32,000 nt of DNA from Demequinaceae bacterium. Its GTDB lineage: Bacteria; Actinomycetota; Actinomycetes; Actinomycetales; Demequinaceae. The stretch is taken from contig OZ252279.1 in NCBI GenBank assembly GCA_965250005.1, positions 60,001-92,000 of the forward strand, in the 5' to 3' direction. Shown in pieces: positions 19,001 to 25,950 of the stretch. Both the position numbers and the translations under genes were made by a program. The notes under the pieces are model-generated. The model saw only the letters and a program-made list of their open reading frames with translations, had not been told where the DNA came from and did no database searches. How positions within the stretch are numbered: the stretch's first letter is position 1; each line of letters begins with the position of its first letter.

Positions 19001-20798
19001 CTCAGTGGGCCAGGGCAGCCAGAATGACGGCGCGGCAAATCTCAAGTACCCGACGCTCGACAGGGCGATCGAGACGACCTACGCCGCACAATCCTCGGCG
19101 ACCAACAAGAACTCGCTCTACGACTCCTACGTCCGCGCGATCCGCTGGGCATCCGACCGTATCAAGGACGACGGGGTGATCGGCTTTGTCACGAACGGCG
19201 GCTTCATCGACGGCAACACTGCCGACGGAATCCGCAAGTCGCTTGCAGGAGAGTTCAGCGAGATTTACGTGTTCAATCTTCGAGGTAATGCCCGGACCGC
19301 CGGAGTGCAGCGCCAGAAAGAGAAGGGAAACGTCTTCGCAGAGGGAGGGCGCACTACCATCGCCGTGACGTTCCTTGTCAAGCGTTCAGCAACGAGGAGC
19401 ACCGCACGGATCAAATACCGAGACATCGGTGACTACCTGACGACGGATCAAAAGCTTGAGATCATTAAATCCAGCGAGGTTGACTCGATCGAGTGGGAGG
19501 TGATCGAACCAAATGGCTCGGGCGACTGGCTCAATCAGCGCAACCCGGAGTTCGATGCATTCACCCCGATTGGCTCCAAGGATGACCCCAACCGCGCTAT
19601 CTTCGCTGTGCACTCGGGTGGACTTAAGACCAATCGGGACGCTTGGGTCTACAACTCGTCTCGGGCTGTCGTCGAGGCAAACGTGCGCGGAATGGTCGGC
19701 TTCTACAATTCCCACGTGGACAAGTTCGCTGCTCAGAGCGGCGATCCGGGCGCGAAGACCGTGGAGCGCCTCATTGACTTGGATCCCACCCATTTCAGTT
19801 GGAACCGCGCTGACAAGACGCATCTCGCTCGAGGCCGGAAGTACGTCGTGCGCGACGACGCGTTCCGGGTCGGCGGGTACCGGCCGTTTCACAAGCAGCG
19901 AGTCTGCTTCGACCGAAATCTCAATGACATGGTCTACCGCTTGCCGAGTCTGTTCCCGCCTGGCTCCGAAAACTTAGGCTTCTACCTCGACGGAACTCAC
20001 GCCGAGAACCACGGCGTCGTGCTTGCCATCAGCGAAGTTCCGTGCCTCGACTTGTTTGGAAGGGGCGGTCAATTCTTTCCCCGCTACTCGTACGCGGAGA
20101 AACCGGCAGACGACCTCTTCGCCGCCGCTTCGGATGAGACCTACACCCGCGTCGACAACATCACCGACGAGGCGCTCGCGGACTACCGGGCCAAGTACGG
20201 CCCCGAGGTCTCGAAGGACGACATCTTCTACTACGTGTACGGCCTGCTGCACTCGCCGGACTACCGCACCAAGTACGCTGCCGACCTCAAGCGCATGCTC
20301 CCGCGCATCCCGATGGTCGCGCCGGCCGACGACTTCCGCGCCTTCGCCGACGCGGGCCGCAAGCTCGCCGACCTGCACATCGGCTACGAGACTGTCGAGC
20401 CGTGGCCGCTGCACGTCGCTGGCGAGCCGGCGTCGTCCGTGAAGGGCGACGCGCTGTACGACTGGTACCGCGTGGAGAAGATGCGCTTCCCAGGCAAGGG
20501 CAAAGAGAAGGACCGATCGACGGTGATCTACAACTCGCACATCACGGTGAGCGGCATCCCTGACGAGGCGTACGAGTACAAGCTGGGCTCGCGCTCGGGT
20601 GTTGAGTGGGTGCTGGACCGGTATCAGGTGAAGATCGACAAGGCCTCGCAGATCAAGAACGACCCGAACGATTGGTCGCGCGAGGTAGAGGACCCGCCCT
20701 ACATCCTGGATCTGTTGGGGCGGGTAGTGCGGGTGAGCGTGGAAACTATAGGGATTGTGAGCACACTTCCGCCGTTGAGGGCTGCGGGTGGCAAATGA
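16002..20798 (+). CDS. Type ISP-like single-polypeptide restriction enzyme: Mrr-like nuclease + SF2 helicase + N6-adenine methyltransferase + C-terminal region
   Basis: 1598 aa from ATG 16002 (GGGGAG upstream). Nuclease signature GIDLVATRHDGGITAIQCK (D at 16200, QCK at 16242-16250), Walker A ACGTGKT (16587-16607), DEAH (16977-16988), methyltransferase motif I DPFTGTG (18669-18689), motif IV NPPY (18990-19001). Domain order matches LlaGI/LlaBIII-type enzymes. Confidence 0.92.
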   Translation: MTAVTTLDDVLDDLRANATGIRDKGTAFENLTLEFFRTNPLHQSEFATVQTFADWAPQGGKRDTGIDLVATRHDGGITAIQCKFYDEGHTVQKSDIDSFFTASGKKPFTERIIVSTTDKWSDNAEAALENQHLDTTRFGLDDMRTSPVEWAILKNLTEAPKLKKRKPKQLRPHQRAAIDDVVAGFATSARGKLIMACGTGKTFTSLKLAEEMVKPGGSVLFLVPSISLLSQSLKEWGAEREAEMRFFAVCSDTHVGRTRKQKELHEDISAHDLEIPATTKSEKLVDGASATSKGAITVVFATYQSIDVVSAAQRAGLPDFDLIICDEAHRTTGVTLTGEGDKESAFVKVHDNANVAAKRRVYMTATPRVYGEDAKKKAVEGAAVLASMDDEEVFGPEFHRLGFGEAVDAGLLADYKVLILSVVEDYVAHALQTVLASDGNEIDLTNAAKLVGCWNALAKRGDVEQYGDDPGAMRRAVAFSQTIKASKGVTAAFEELSDALVGAAADGTRLSVEANHVDGTQNALYRNEQLAWLKAEAPDDSTCRILSNARCLSEGVDVPALDAVLFLNPRNSIVDVVQSVGRVMRKSEGKKFGYVIIPVAVPSGLEPHEALDKTDRYKVVWEVLRALRSHDERLEATVNTLDPTKPNDRIIPVNIGAGGSGSDRNDDTPDGTPVETQGSLDLRDSPVWREAIFARLVKKVGQRMYWDRWGKEVADAVARTTSRINAILARDKAAQREFDTFLEGIRRNLNDSISRDDAVSMLAQHLVTEPVFNAVFREFEFVEHNTVARTMQNMLDVLNQKNLETEGSELDEFYKAVRTRLDGVDDAGRMQFVNELYEKFFKRAFPTVAGQLGIVYTPVEIVDFIIRSVEHVLNEEFDASLSDKGVHVLDPFTGTGTFIVRLLQSGLIKPEDLLYKYTHELHCNEILLLAYYIAVVNVEATFHSLRGGEYVPFEGAVLADTFQMTEDGDTLDGDVFTANSERMKQQRELDIRVIVGNPPYSVGQGSQNDGAANLKYPTLDRAIETTYAAQSSATNKNSLYDSYVRAIRWASDRIKDDGVIGFVTNGGFIDGNTADGIRKSLAGEFSEIYVFNLRGNARTAGVQRQKEKGNVFAEGGRTTIAVTFLVKRSATRSTARIKYRDIGDYLTTDQKLEIIKSSEVDSIEWEVIEPNGSGDWLNQRNPEFDAFTPIGSKDDPNRAIFAVHSGGLKTNRDAWVYNSSRAVVEANVRGMVGFYNSHVDKFAAQSGDPGAKTVERLIDLDPTHFSWNRADKTHLARGRKYVVRDDAFRVGGYRPFHKQRVCFDRNLNDMVYRLPSLFPPGSENLGFYLDGTHAENHGVVLAISEVPCLDLFGRGGQFFPRYSYAEKPADDLFAAASDETYTRVDNITDEALADYRAKYGPEVSKDDIFYYVYGLLHSPDYRTKYAADLKRMLPRIPMVAPADDFRAFADAGRKLADLHIGYETVEPWPLHVAGEPASSVKGDALYDWYRVEKMRFPGKGKEKDRSTVIYNSHITVSGIPDEAYEYKLGSRSGVEWVLDRYQVKIDKASQIKNDPNDWSREVEDPPYILDLLGRVVRVSVETIGIVSTLPPLRAAGGK

Positions 20799-21946
20799 GA
20801 CTGACACGGCTAGGACTTGATCGCGACCTCGATACTGTCGTCGTGCTTGGTGCAGGCGCCACAGCAGGGGCGCGCGTCTCGACAACTCCGCCGCTAGGTC
20901 GGGCGTTTGTAGACACCGACTTCTTTGATCAATTGACCTACTTTTCGGCGAATGCAGCGTCGGACAGCTTCCGCGCTGACGCGTCAGACTTCCTCGGTTT
21001 CCTGAGGAGTCGGTACGGCAACGTCCCGCACGGACTCGAGGAAATCTTCGCAGAGTTGGACGTGACGAACCAATTCAATGAGGCAACTCGCGCGCGCAAG
21101 CAAGGCAGACCCCCGCGGGAGTTTGATCGCCGTGCGGAGCAGTTGAAGCGGCTCATCGTACTGGCCCTGCGGGAGAGCCTGGGGGCGTCTGAAGCAAACC
21201 TCCCGGTCTGTGATCTGCACCTGGCGGTGCTGCGCACGCTCGGCGTCAAAGATGCGGTCGTCTCATTCAACTACGACCTGCTCGCCGACCGAGCGATGTC
21301 CTCGGGCCTTGCCTCGAAGTTCAAGCCCGGTGTCAGCTATGGATTTGAGCCGAGCGCCGTTTCTGGAGAGTGGGCGCCCCCGCCGAAGCTCGGGAGTCCA
21401 TTTCGGAACCACACCAAACTGTATAAGCCTCACGGGTCGTTGCATTGGCGGGACACTGGCGAAGCCGTCGAGATCGCGGCGAGTGAAGTATCCATCAATG
21501 CGGACGACGTTGCGATCGTTCCGCCGCAGTTGATCAAGAGATTCGACGCGGAGCCTTATGAGTCAATCTGGCGAGGAGCACGAAAGGCAATCGCAGGAGC
21601 GCGCGCAATCATCCTCGCTGGGTATTCACTCCCCTCTTCGGATATTGCAACGACCGCCGCCCTTCGACTGGAAGCGGAAGAACTCCAACTTGTTTGCATC
21701 GCTAACCCCGACGACGCTGTTGTGCGACGGACGTTGGATGTGTTGAGAACCGCAATTACAGACAAGACGATAGTCGTGAGGCTCCGCACCTTCTCAGAGC
21801 TCGCACTTCGCTTCGGTGTACAAAGTGATCGGGCGCTCGCAGAGGAGCAACAAGACTTCTCATGGATGGAAAATGTCATCGATCAACGGGTGTACGACCT
21901 CGTGCCTGAGGCGTACGACCGGGCGGTGAACCGGTTGTTCGAATAG
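20795..21946 (+). CDS. SIR2-like (Rossmann-fold) domain protein, coupled to the Type ISP gene
   Basis: 383 aa from ATG 20795, overlapping the upstream TGA (ATGA). Motifs VVVLGAGATAGA (GGT at 20849), FNYD (21266-21277), KPHGSLHW (from 21428), AIILAGYSLPSSDI. The listed ORF start at 20606 lies inside the upstream gene and is not needed. Confidence 0.75.
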   Translation: MRLTRLGLDRDLDTVVVLGAGATAGARVSTTPPLGRAFVDTDFFDQLTYFSANAASDSFRADASDFLGFLRSRYGNVPHGLEEIFAELDVTNQFNEATRARKQGRPPREFDRRAEQLKRLIVLALRESLGASEANLPVCDLHLAVLRTLGVKDAVVSFNYDLLADRAMSSGLASKFKPGVSYGFEPSAVSGEWAPPPKLGSPFRNHTKLYKPHGSLHWRDTGEAVEIAASEVSINADDVAIVPPQLIKRFDAEPYESIWRGARKAIAGARAIILAGYSLPSSDIATTAALRLEAEELQLVCIANPDDAVVRRTLDVLRTAITDKTIVVRLRTFSELALRFGVQSDRALAEEQQDFSWMENVIDQRVYDLVPEAYDRAVNRLFE

Positions 21947-21953
21947 CAGCGCG

Positions 21954-22671
21954 TCAGCGGATGGAGGGTGAGTCGTCAAGTGCCTTGGCGCCAACAATTA
22001 GGAATCTCGTACTCCCGAGCCTTGCGCCCCTTGCCCGAGTTCGAACCCTCGTCTTGCGCGATCACCGCTGCGACTCCCTTCTCGACGCCCGGGTGCACCA
22101 CGAGACCACGCGCCTCCGCAAGCGCCCGCAGCTCCGCTTTGCGTGCCTCTGGGAAGCCCGTGAGCACGATCAGGTCGCCGGGCTGAGCTCCAGCCCGTCG
22201 TGGCCACTGCGACCTGATCCTCAGCCTCGAGGTCCGCGAGGTCCAGCAGGCCAGCGAACTGAATCACGAGGGCGCGCTCGCCGCGGGTTAGCTGGTCGCC
22301 CGCGCAGACCGCGTCCACCACGCCCAGCATGTAGTGGCGGTTGAGGCGCGCCACGTCGTCGGCGCTTAGCGAGAGTTGCTCTGCGAGCCCGTCCAGCGCG
22401 CGGGTACCGATATCTTGCGGTCCAGGAGTACCCGGTCGAGCAGCTCCAGGTACTCGTCGGCGCCCTCGAGGCCCACGACGCATGCGGCCGTAGCGTCGAT
22501 GCCGTGTATGTGCTGGGCGCCGAGGTCGCGTTGCGGGTTCACGAGCGTGCCGTAGGTGGCCTCGCGCTCGCCGTTCGCGTCGAGCAGGACCACGCCGATC
22601 TCGCACGTGGGGTCTGTGCCGTTGTAGGCGAAGCCGGTAGTCTCGAGGTCGATGACTGCGAAGCCGGACAT
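21954..22671 (-). pseudogene. DnaQ/DEDDh exonuclease-BRCT protein, multiply frameshifted and internally deleted
   Basis: N-terminus MSGFAVIDLETTGFAYNGTDPTCEIGVVLLDANGEREATYGTLVNPQRDLGAQHIHGIDA; then ADEYLELLDRVLLDRKIS; frame change to TRALDGLAEQLSLSADDVARLNRHYMLGVVDAVCAGDQLTRGERALVIQFAGLLDLA; frame change to PGDLIVLTGFPEARKAELRALAEARGLVVHPGVEKGVAAVIAQDEGSNSGKGRKAREYEIP; and another change to IVGAKALDDSPSIR*. Confidence 0.85.
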
Positions 22672-22769
22672 GTTCGCAACGTAGATCCGGCTCGCTGAAG
22701 CCGCAAACGGAACTGCACTTTTGTCGTTCTCACCAAGCGAAGTGCGCCTTGCGCGCGTAGCGTTGCGGA

Positions 22770-23459
22770 ATGGCGACTTCGCGCAGTGACGAGTTCAAAG
22801 TTGGTCGCGTCCAAGTGCCGCTCGCAACGGCGCTCAAGTGGCTAGCGGGCTATTTGAACCAGGAGCTCAACGAGACCGCAAAGAAGCCATTTGCGTACCC
22901 CGCGTACGACCACTACGAACCGGGCGCGGTTGACGCGAACGAGATTTCAGACGGAGACCTGCTCGCTCCCATGCTTCTCAACGTCAAGGTGTCGGTGAGA
23001 TCCCTCTACGCGTTGCAGGCGGTGAGATCCAAGATGGAGGCGGCTCTAGAGAAGGTCAAGCCGGAGACGGAATTGGCGCACGCCCGTGATGATGAAGTCC
23101 GTGCGCTCGTCGGACCGCTCTATGCAGTTCTCGACCCCGAGATGTCACGCCCGTCTGGAGTCAAGGCAACGACGCTGTCGAAAATCTATCATCGAAAGCG
23201 CCCGAAATTCGCCCTCCTTCACGACCGGTGGGTACGCGCTTGCTACGTCGGCTCGGGCGCGCCGGTGCGGGACGACCCGGATCGCACTTGGGCGGAGTAC
23301 ATGATTTCGCTCTCGCTGGAGGTCCGCAACGATCTTGTAGCGAACGCAGATGTGCTGGGCGATCTGCGGGAGCACCCTGGGATTGGCGACCGCGTGAGCG
23401 ACCTGAGGATTCTCGACATCTTGGCCTGGAGTTCGCGCGGAGGTGCGCGCATCAGGTGA
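22770..23459 (+). CDS. Hypothetical protein, possibly DUF6308-like
   Basis: 229 aa ORF with realistic composition: KVGRVQVPLATALKWLAGYLNQ, DLLAPMLLNVKVSVRSLYALQAV, SKIYHRKRPKFALLHDRWVRACYV. Family name from memory, unverified. Confidence 0.7.
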   Translation: MATSRSDEFKVGRVQVPLATALKWLAGYLNQELNETAKKPFAYPAYDHYEPGAVDANEISDGDLLAPMLLNVKVSVRSLYALQAVRSKMEAALEKVKPETELAHARDDEVRALVGPLYAVLDPEMSRPSGVKATTLSKIYHRKRPKFALLHDRWVRACYVGSGAPVRDDPDRTWAEYMISLSLEVRNDLVANADVLGDLREHPGIGDRVSDLRILDILAWSSRGGARIR

Positions 23460-23573
23460 GGGTTTCCCGGAACCGGCGGCCTCTCGAGCAGTCCCGGCAC
23501 ATGCCGGGCCTGCCAGCGTTGTCCACAACCGTGTTCAACGGCGCGTGCGAATCCCGCTGCTAGCATCGCAAAC

Positions 23574-23801
23574 ATGCGCTTTCCGAAGGCAGCTTCTCTC
23601 GCTGTGGCCGCCGCGTTGTGCCTGGCCACGGCGTCGTGCCAAGCGTCCACCCTAGTGGTCGATGGGGTCCTCTACCCGCTCACCAGCCGCGATCGCCGCC
23701 ACCGCCGCAGACCACACCGAGCTCTTCGCCTAGACCCACGCCAGGCGCCTTCGCGTGGAGCCTGCCTCCGGGCGCTTGACGGGGGCACTCGTTCACACTA
23801 G
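23574..23801 (+). CDS. Short putative lipoprotein, possibly truncated
   Basis: MRFPKAASLAVAAALCLATASCQASTLVVDGVLYPLTS has a signal peptide and lipobox; the tail RDRRHRRRPHRALRLDPRQAP looks frame-shifted or non-coding. Confidence 0.35.
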   Translation: MRFPKAASLAVAAALCLATASCQASTLVVDGVLYPLTSRDRRHRRRPHRALRLDPRQAPSRGACLRALDGGTRSH

Positions 23802-23810
23802 GTTCGCCAC

Positions 23811-24581
23811 GTGACAACGCCGACTACACCGAGCGCCGAGGCGCCACTGCCCGGAACCCCTCCCGTGCACGGCACTAAGCCGTCACATGGTTACGGGGAA
23901 CTCCTCGGGTCGATGCCCGCGCCCGTCGAGGTGAAGAGGCGCAACGCGACCAGCATCGTGCGGTGGATGTCCGGCGGCATCGTGCTCCTCGTGGTACTTC
24001 TGATTGCTGGCGCGGTGTTCCTTTTCAAGTCGAGCTTCTCTGACGAATCTCCGAACTATGCGGACGAGCCCGTGTCCGCACAGGTTGCGCCCGCTGTTGG
24101 CTGGGTGCAGGTCACCGATTCTCAGTCCCGCCTCGCCTTCGACGTGCCCGCCCACTGGCGCGACGCGACCGAGGTAGTGCCGGGATCCGACGCACTGATT
24201 GATTCCTCTCCAGACGTGGAGCAGGTGCGCGCGTGGCTCGCCGGTGACGGCGTCAGCGAGCCACTGATGCTGGTCTCGGTTTTTGCCAGCACCGACCCAG
24301 TGCCTCTTCCAGGCAAAATCCACGCAGAATCCTTCCTGCTCGGGGTCGAGGCAACCGCAGGTCCCCTGACCGTTGAAGATTCCGCGGCGATCACTACGTC
24401 AAACGGGCTGGTGGGTCATTGGATCACCTATCGAATCTCGGTATCGGGGGATGACGCGGACGGCGCGGTAGTGGCATTGACCCACGGAACAACCGCGTTC
24501 ATTCTCTCGGTAACTGCCTACGAGTCGGACGTGGACCCCGAACTCATCAACGAGATAGTCGAGACTGTTCGCATCGACTAG
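23811..24581 (+). CDS. Hypothetical single-pass membrane protein with extracytoplasmic domain
   Basis: 256 aa; Pro-rich cytoplasmic N-terminus, TM IVRWMSGGIVLLVVLLIAGAVFLF, then a soluble domain DSQSRLAFDVPAHWRDATEVV. Confidence 0.8.
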   Translation: MTTPTTPSAEAPLPGTPPVHGTKPSHGYGELLGSMPAPVEVKRRNATSIVRWMSGGIVLLVVLLIAGAVFLFKSSFSDESPNYADEPVSAQVAPAVGWVQVTDSQSRLAFDVPAHWRDATEVVPGSDALIDSSPDVEQVRAWLAGDGVSEPLMLVSVFASTDPVPLPGKIHAESFLLGVEATAGPLTVEDSAAITTSNGLVGHWITYRISVSGDDADGAVVALTHGTTAFILSVTAYESDVDPELINEIVETVRID

Positions 24582-24665
24582 ATTGCGCAACTCACGCGCG
24601 AACGAGGGCGGCCCCCGCGTTGTTGGCTCGCGCCTGGACGCGCGCAGGTCTAAGTAGCCGAAAAA

Positions 24666-24752
24666 CTAGGTCTGCGTCCCGAACAGGACGATGCTCAAGC
24701 CCGCGAAGCCCCAGATGGTGGCGACACAGAATGCTGCTGTAAGTGAGTCCAT
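24666..24752 (-). CDS. Candidate 28-aa small membrane protein
   Basis: Minus frame MDSLTAAFCVATIWGFAGLSIVLFGTQT*, a single continuous hydrophobic helix; no clear Shine-Dalgarno. Confidence 0.3.
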   Translation of the reverse strand: MDSLTAAFCVATIWGFAGLSIVLFGTQT

Positions 24753-24797
24753 GATTCAGCGTGGCACGTCGGCCGGGACTTCGCGCAGTGGCGGCGC

Positions 24798-25316
24798 CTA
24801 GCCGCCCAGCGACTTGCGCAGGTCCTTCACTAGCGTGACCAGGTGCAGCGGATCCGTAGGCGAGGGCTCGAACTCCGGAAGCGCGTGCAAGTAGAAGCGA
24901 CGGGCGGCGTCCCCCTCAGCGTGCACGAGCAGTCCCCGGAAGCCAATCCGTTCTGAAACCTCCACGGTCCGCGAGATCACATCGGCGACAAGCGCGTGGC
25001 CCAGGCCCTGGCCCTCGTGGTTCTTGTCCACGGCGAGGCGCGCCAGGAGCGCGAACGGCTGCGGGTGCCGCCCCACCCCCACGCGAGCGCGCGCCGGTAG
25101 CTGCGACGGTGCGACGCCGGCCATGGTCCACGCGAAGTAGGCGACCACGCGGCTGCTCGCCTCGGGCGTCGCGACCAGCACGCGTGCGGTCCGCGCACCC
25201 TGCGCTGCGCGGGCGTGGCGGACAGCCCACTCGGTCTGCTCGGGGGAGCGAGAGTTGAACGCAGTGATGTCGTGGTCCGCCCCAAGGAGCACGGGCCTCA
25301 AGTACACGGCGGGCAT
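24798..25316 (-). CDS. GNAT acetyltransferase, likely toxin of a TacAT-like (GNAT-DUF1778) module
   Basis: 172 aa; FALLARLAVDKNHEGQGLGHALVADVISRTVEVSERIGFRGLLVHAEGDAARRFY with the Q/RxxGxG/A acetyl-CoA motif; DUF1778 gene immediately upstream. Confidence 0.87.
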   Translation of the reverse strand: MPAVYLRPVLLGADHDITAFNSRSPEQTEWAVRHARAAQGARTARVLVATPEASSRVVAYFAWTMAGVAPSQLPARARVGVGRHPQPFALLARLAVDKNHEGQGLGHALVADVISRTVEVSERIGFRGLLVHAEGDAARRFYLHALPEFEPSPTDPLHLVTLVKDLRKSLGG

Positions 25317-25343
25317 CCCTCAGGTGAAGGCGGGGCGACGGGG

Positions 25344-25631
25344 CTAGTCGGCCCAAGGCGACGGCCGCTCCATGAGGCGGCGCAACCCGGGAAGGTCCCG
25401 CGCCGGGCGGTCCAGAAGCTCCTGCCACGCCTCCCACTGCTGCTCGTCGAGCAGGAACTCGGTGCGGTCCGCGAGGATTCGTTGCGCGGCGATGCGCAGG
25501 TGCTCGTTCGCGAACCCGGTGACGTCTGTGCCGGTGGCCTCTGCGGCGCGCGCGAAGAGCTCACGGTCAGCGGAGGTGGTGCGGATTTCAAGGCGCTTGT
25601 CCTTCTTCCGTGCCGGTGTCGATGTGCTCAT
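25344..25631 (-). CDS. DUF1778-type antitoxin
   Basis: 95 aa; KKDKRLEIRTTSADRELFARAAEATGTDVTGFANEHLRIAAQRIL ... LDEQQWEAWQELLDRPARDLPGLRRLMERPSPW is classic DUF1778. Confidence 0.9.
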   Translation of the reverse strand: MSTSTPARKKDKRLEIRTTSADRELFARAAEATGTDVTGFANEHLRIAAQRILADRTEFLLDEQQWEAWQELLDRPARDLPGLRRLMERPSPWAD

Positions 25632-25950
25632 GGGGCGCCCTTTCGCTTTCGTACGGCCAGTGTACGGCCACTCGTGGGCCGGGGCAACGTGCTCATCTGA
25701 ACGATGCCACGCGGGCGGCGCGAGGCGACGTTATCCACAGGTGACGGGTGCAAGCCTGGCGTGCGCTCCTGCCGGGTGTTCGCGCCCGTTCGACCCGCGT
25801 GCAAACCGGCCCACCGAGAACAGCCACGAATACTCTCGACACGAACTAATCGGGCAAATCCGCGTCATACTGGCGTAGTTCGAGAGTCTCATATGTGAAG
25901 CCGCGCGGCGGCTAGGGTCTTTGTACATCTCTGAGGGATTGGAGCCGCGT

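Noticed and set aside
12300-25700. CRISPR array, tRNA gene or integrase marking the accessory block
   Set aside because: No regularly spaced direct repeats, no recognisable tRNA cloverleaf sequence and no recombinase/transposase motifs were seen.
25731-25739. Perfect DnaA-box-like TTATCCACA (and TTGTCCACA at 23519-23527)
   Set aside because: Single isolated 9-mers about 2 kb apart with no cluster, AT-rich unwinding region or dnaA/dnaN neighbourhood; likely chance.
25899-25913. Short hairpin AGCCGC-GCG-GCGGCT in the leader of the InlB-like gene
   Set aside because: Six-bp GC stem is common by chance in high-GC DNA and lacks a T-tract; not supported as a terminator or riboswitch.
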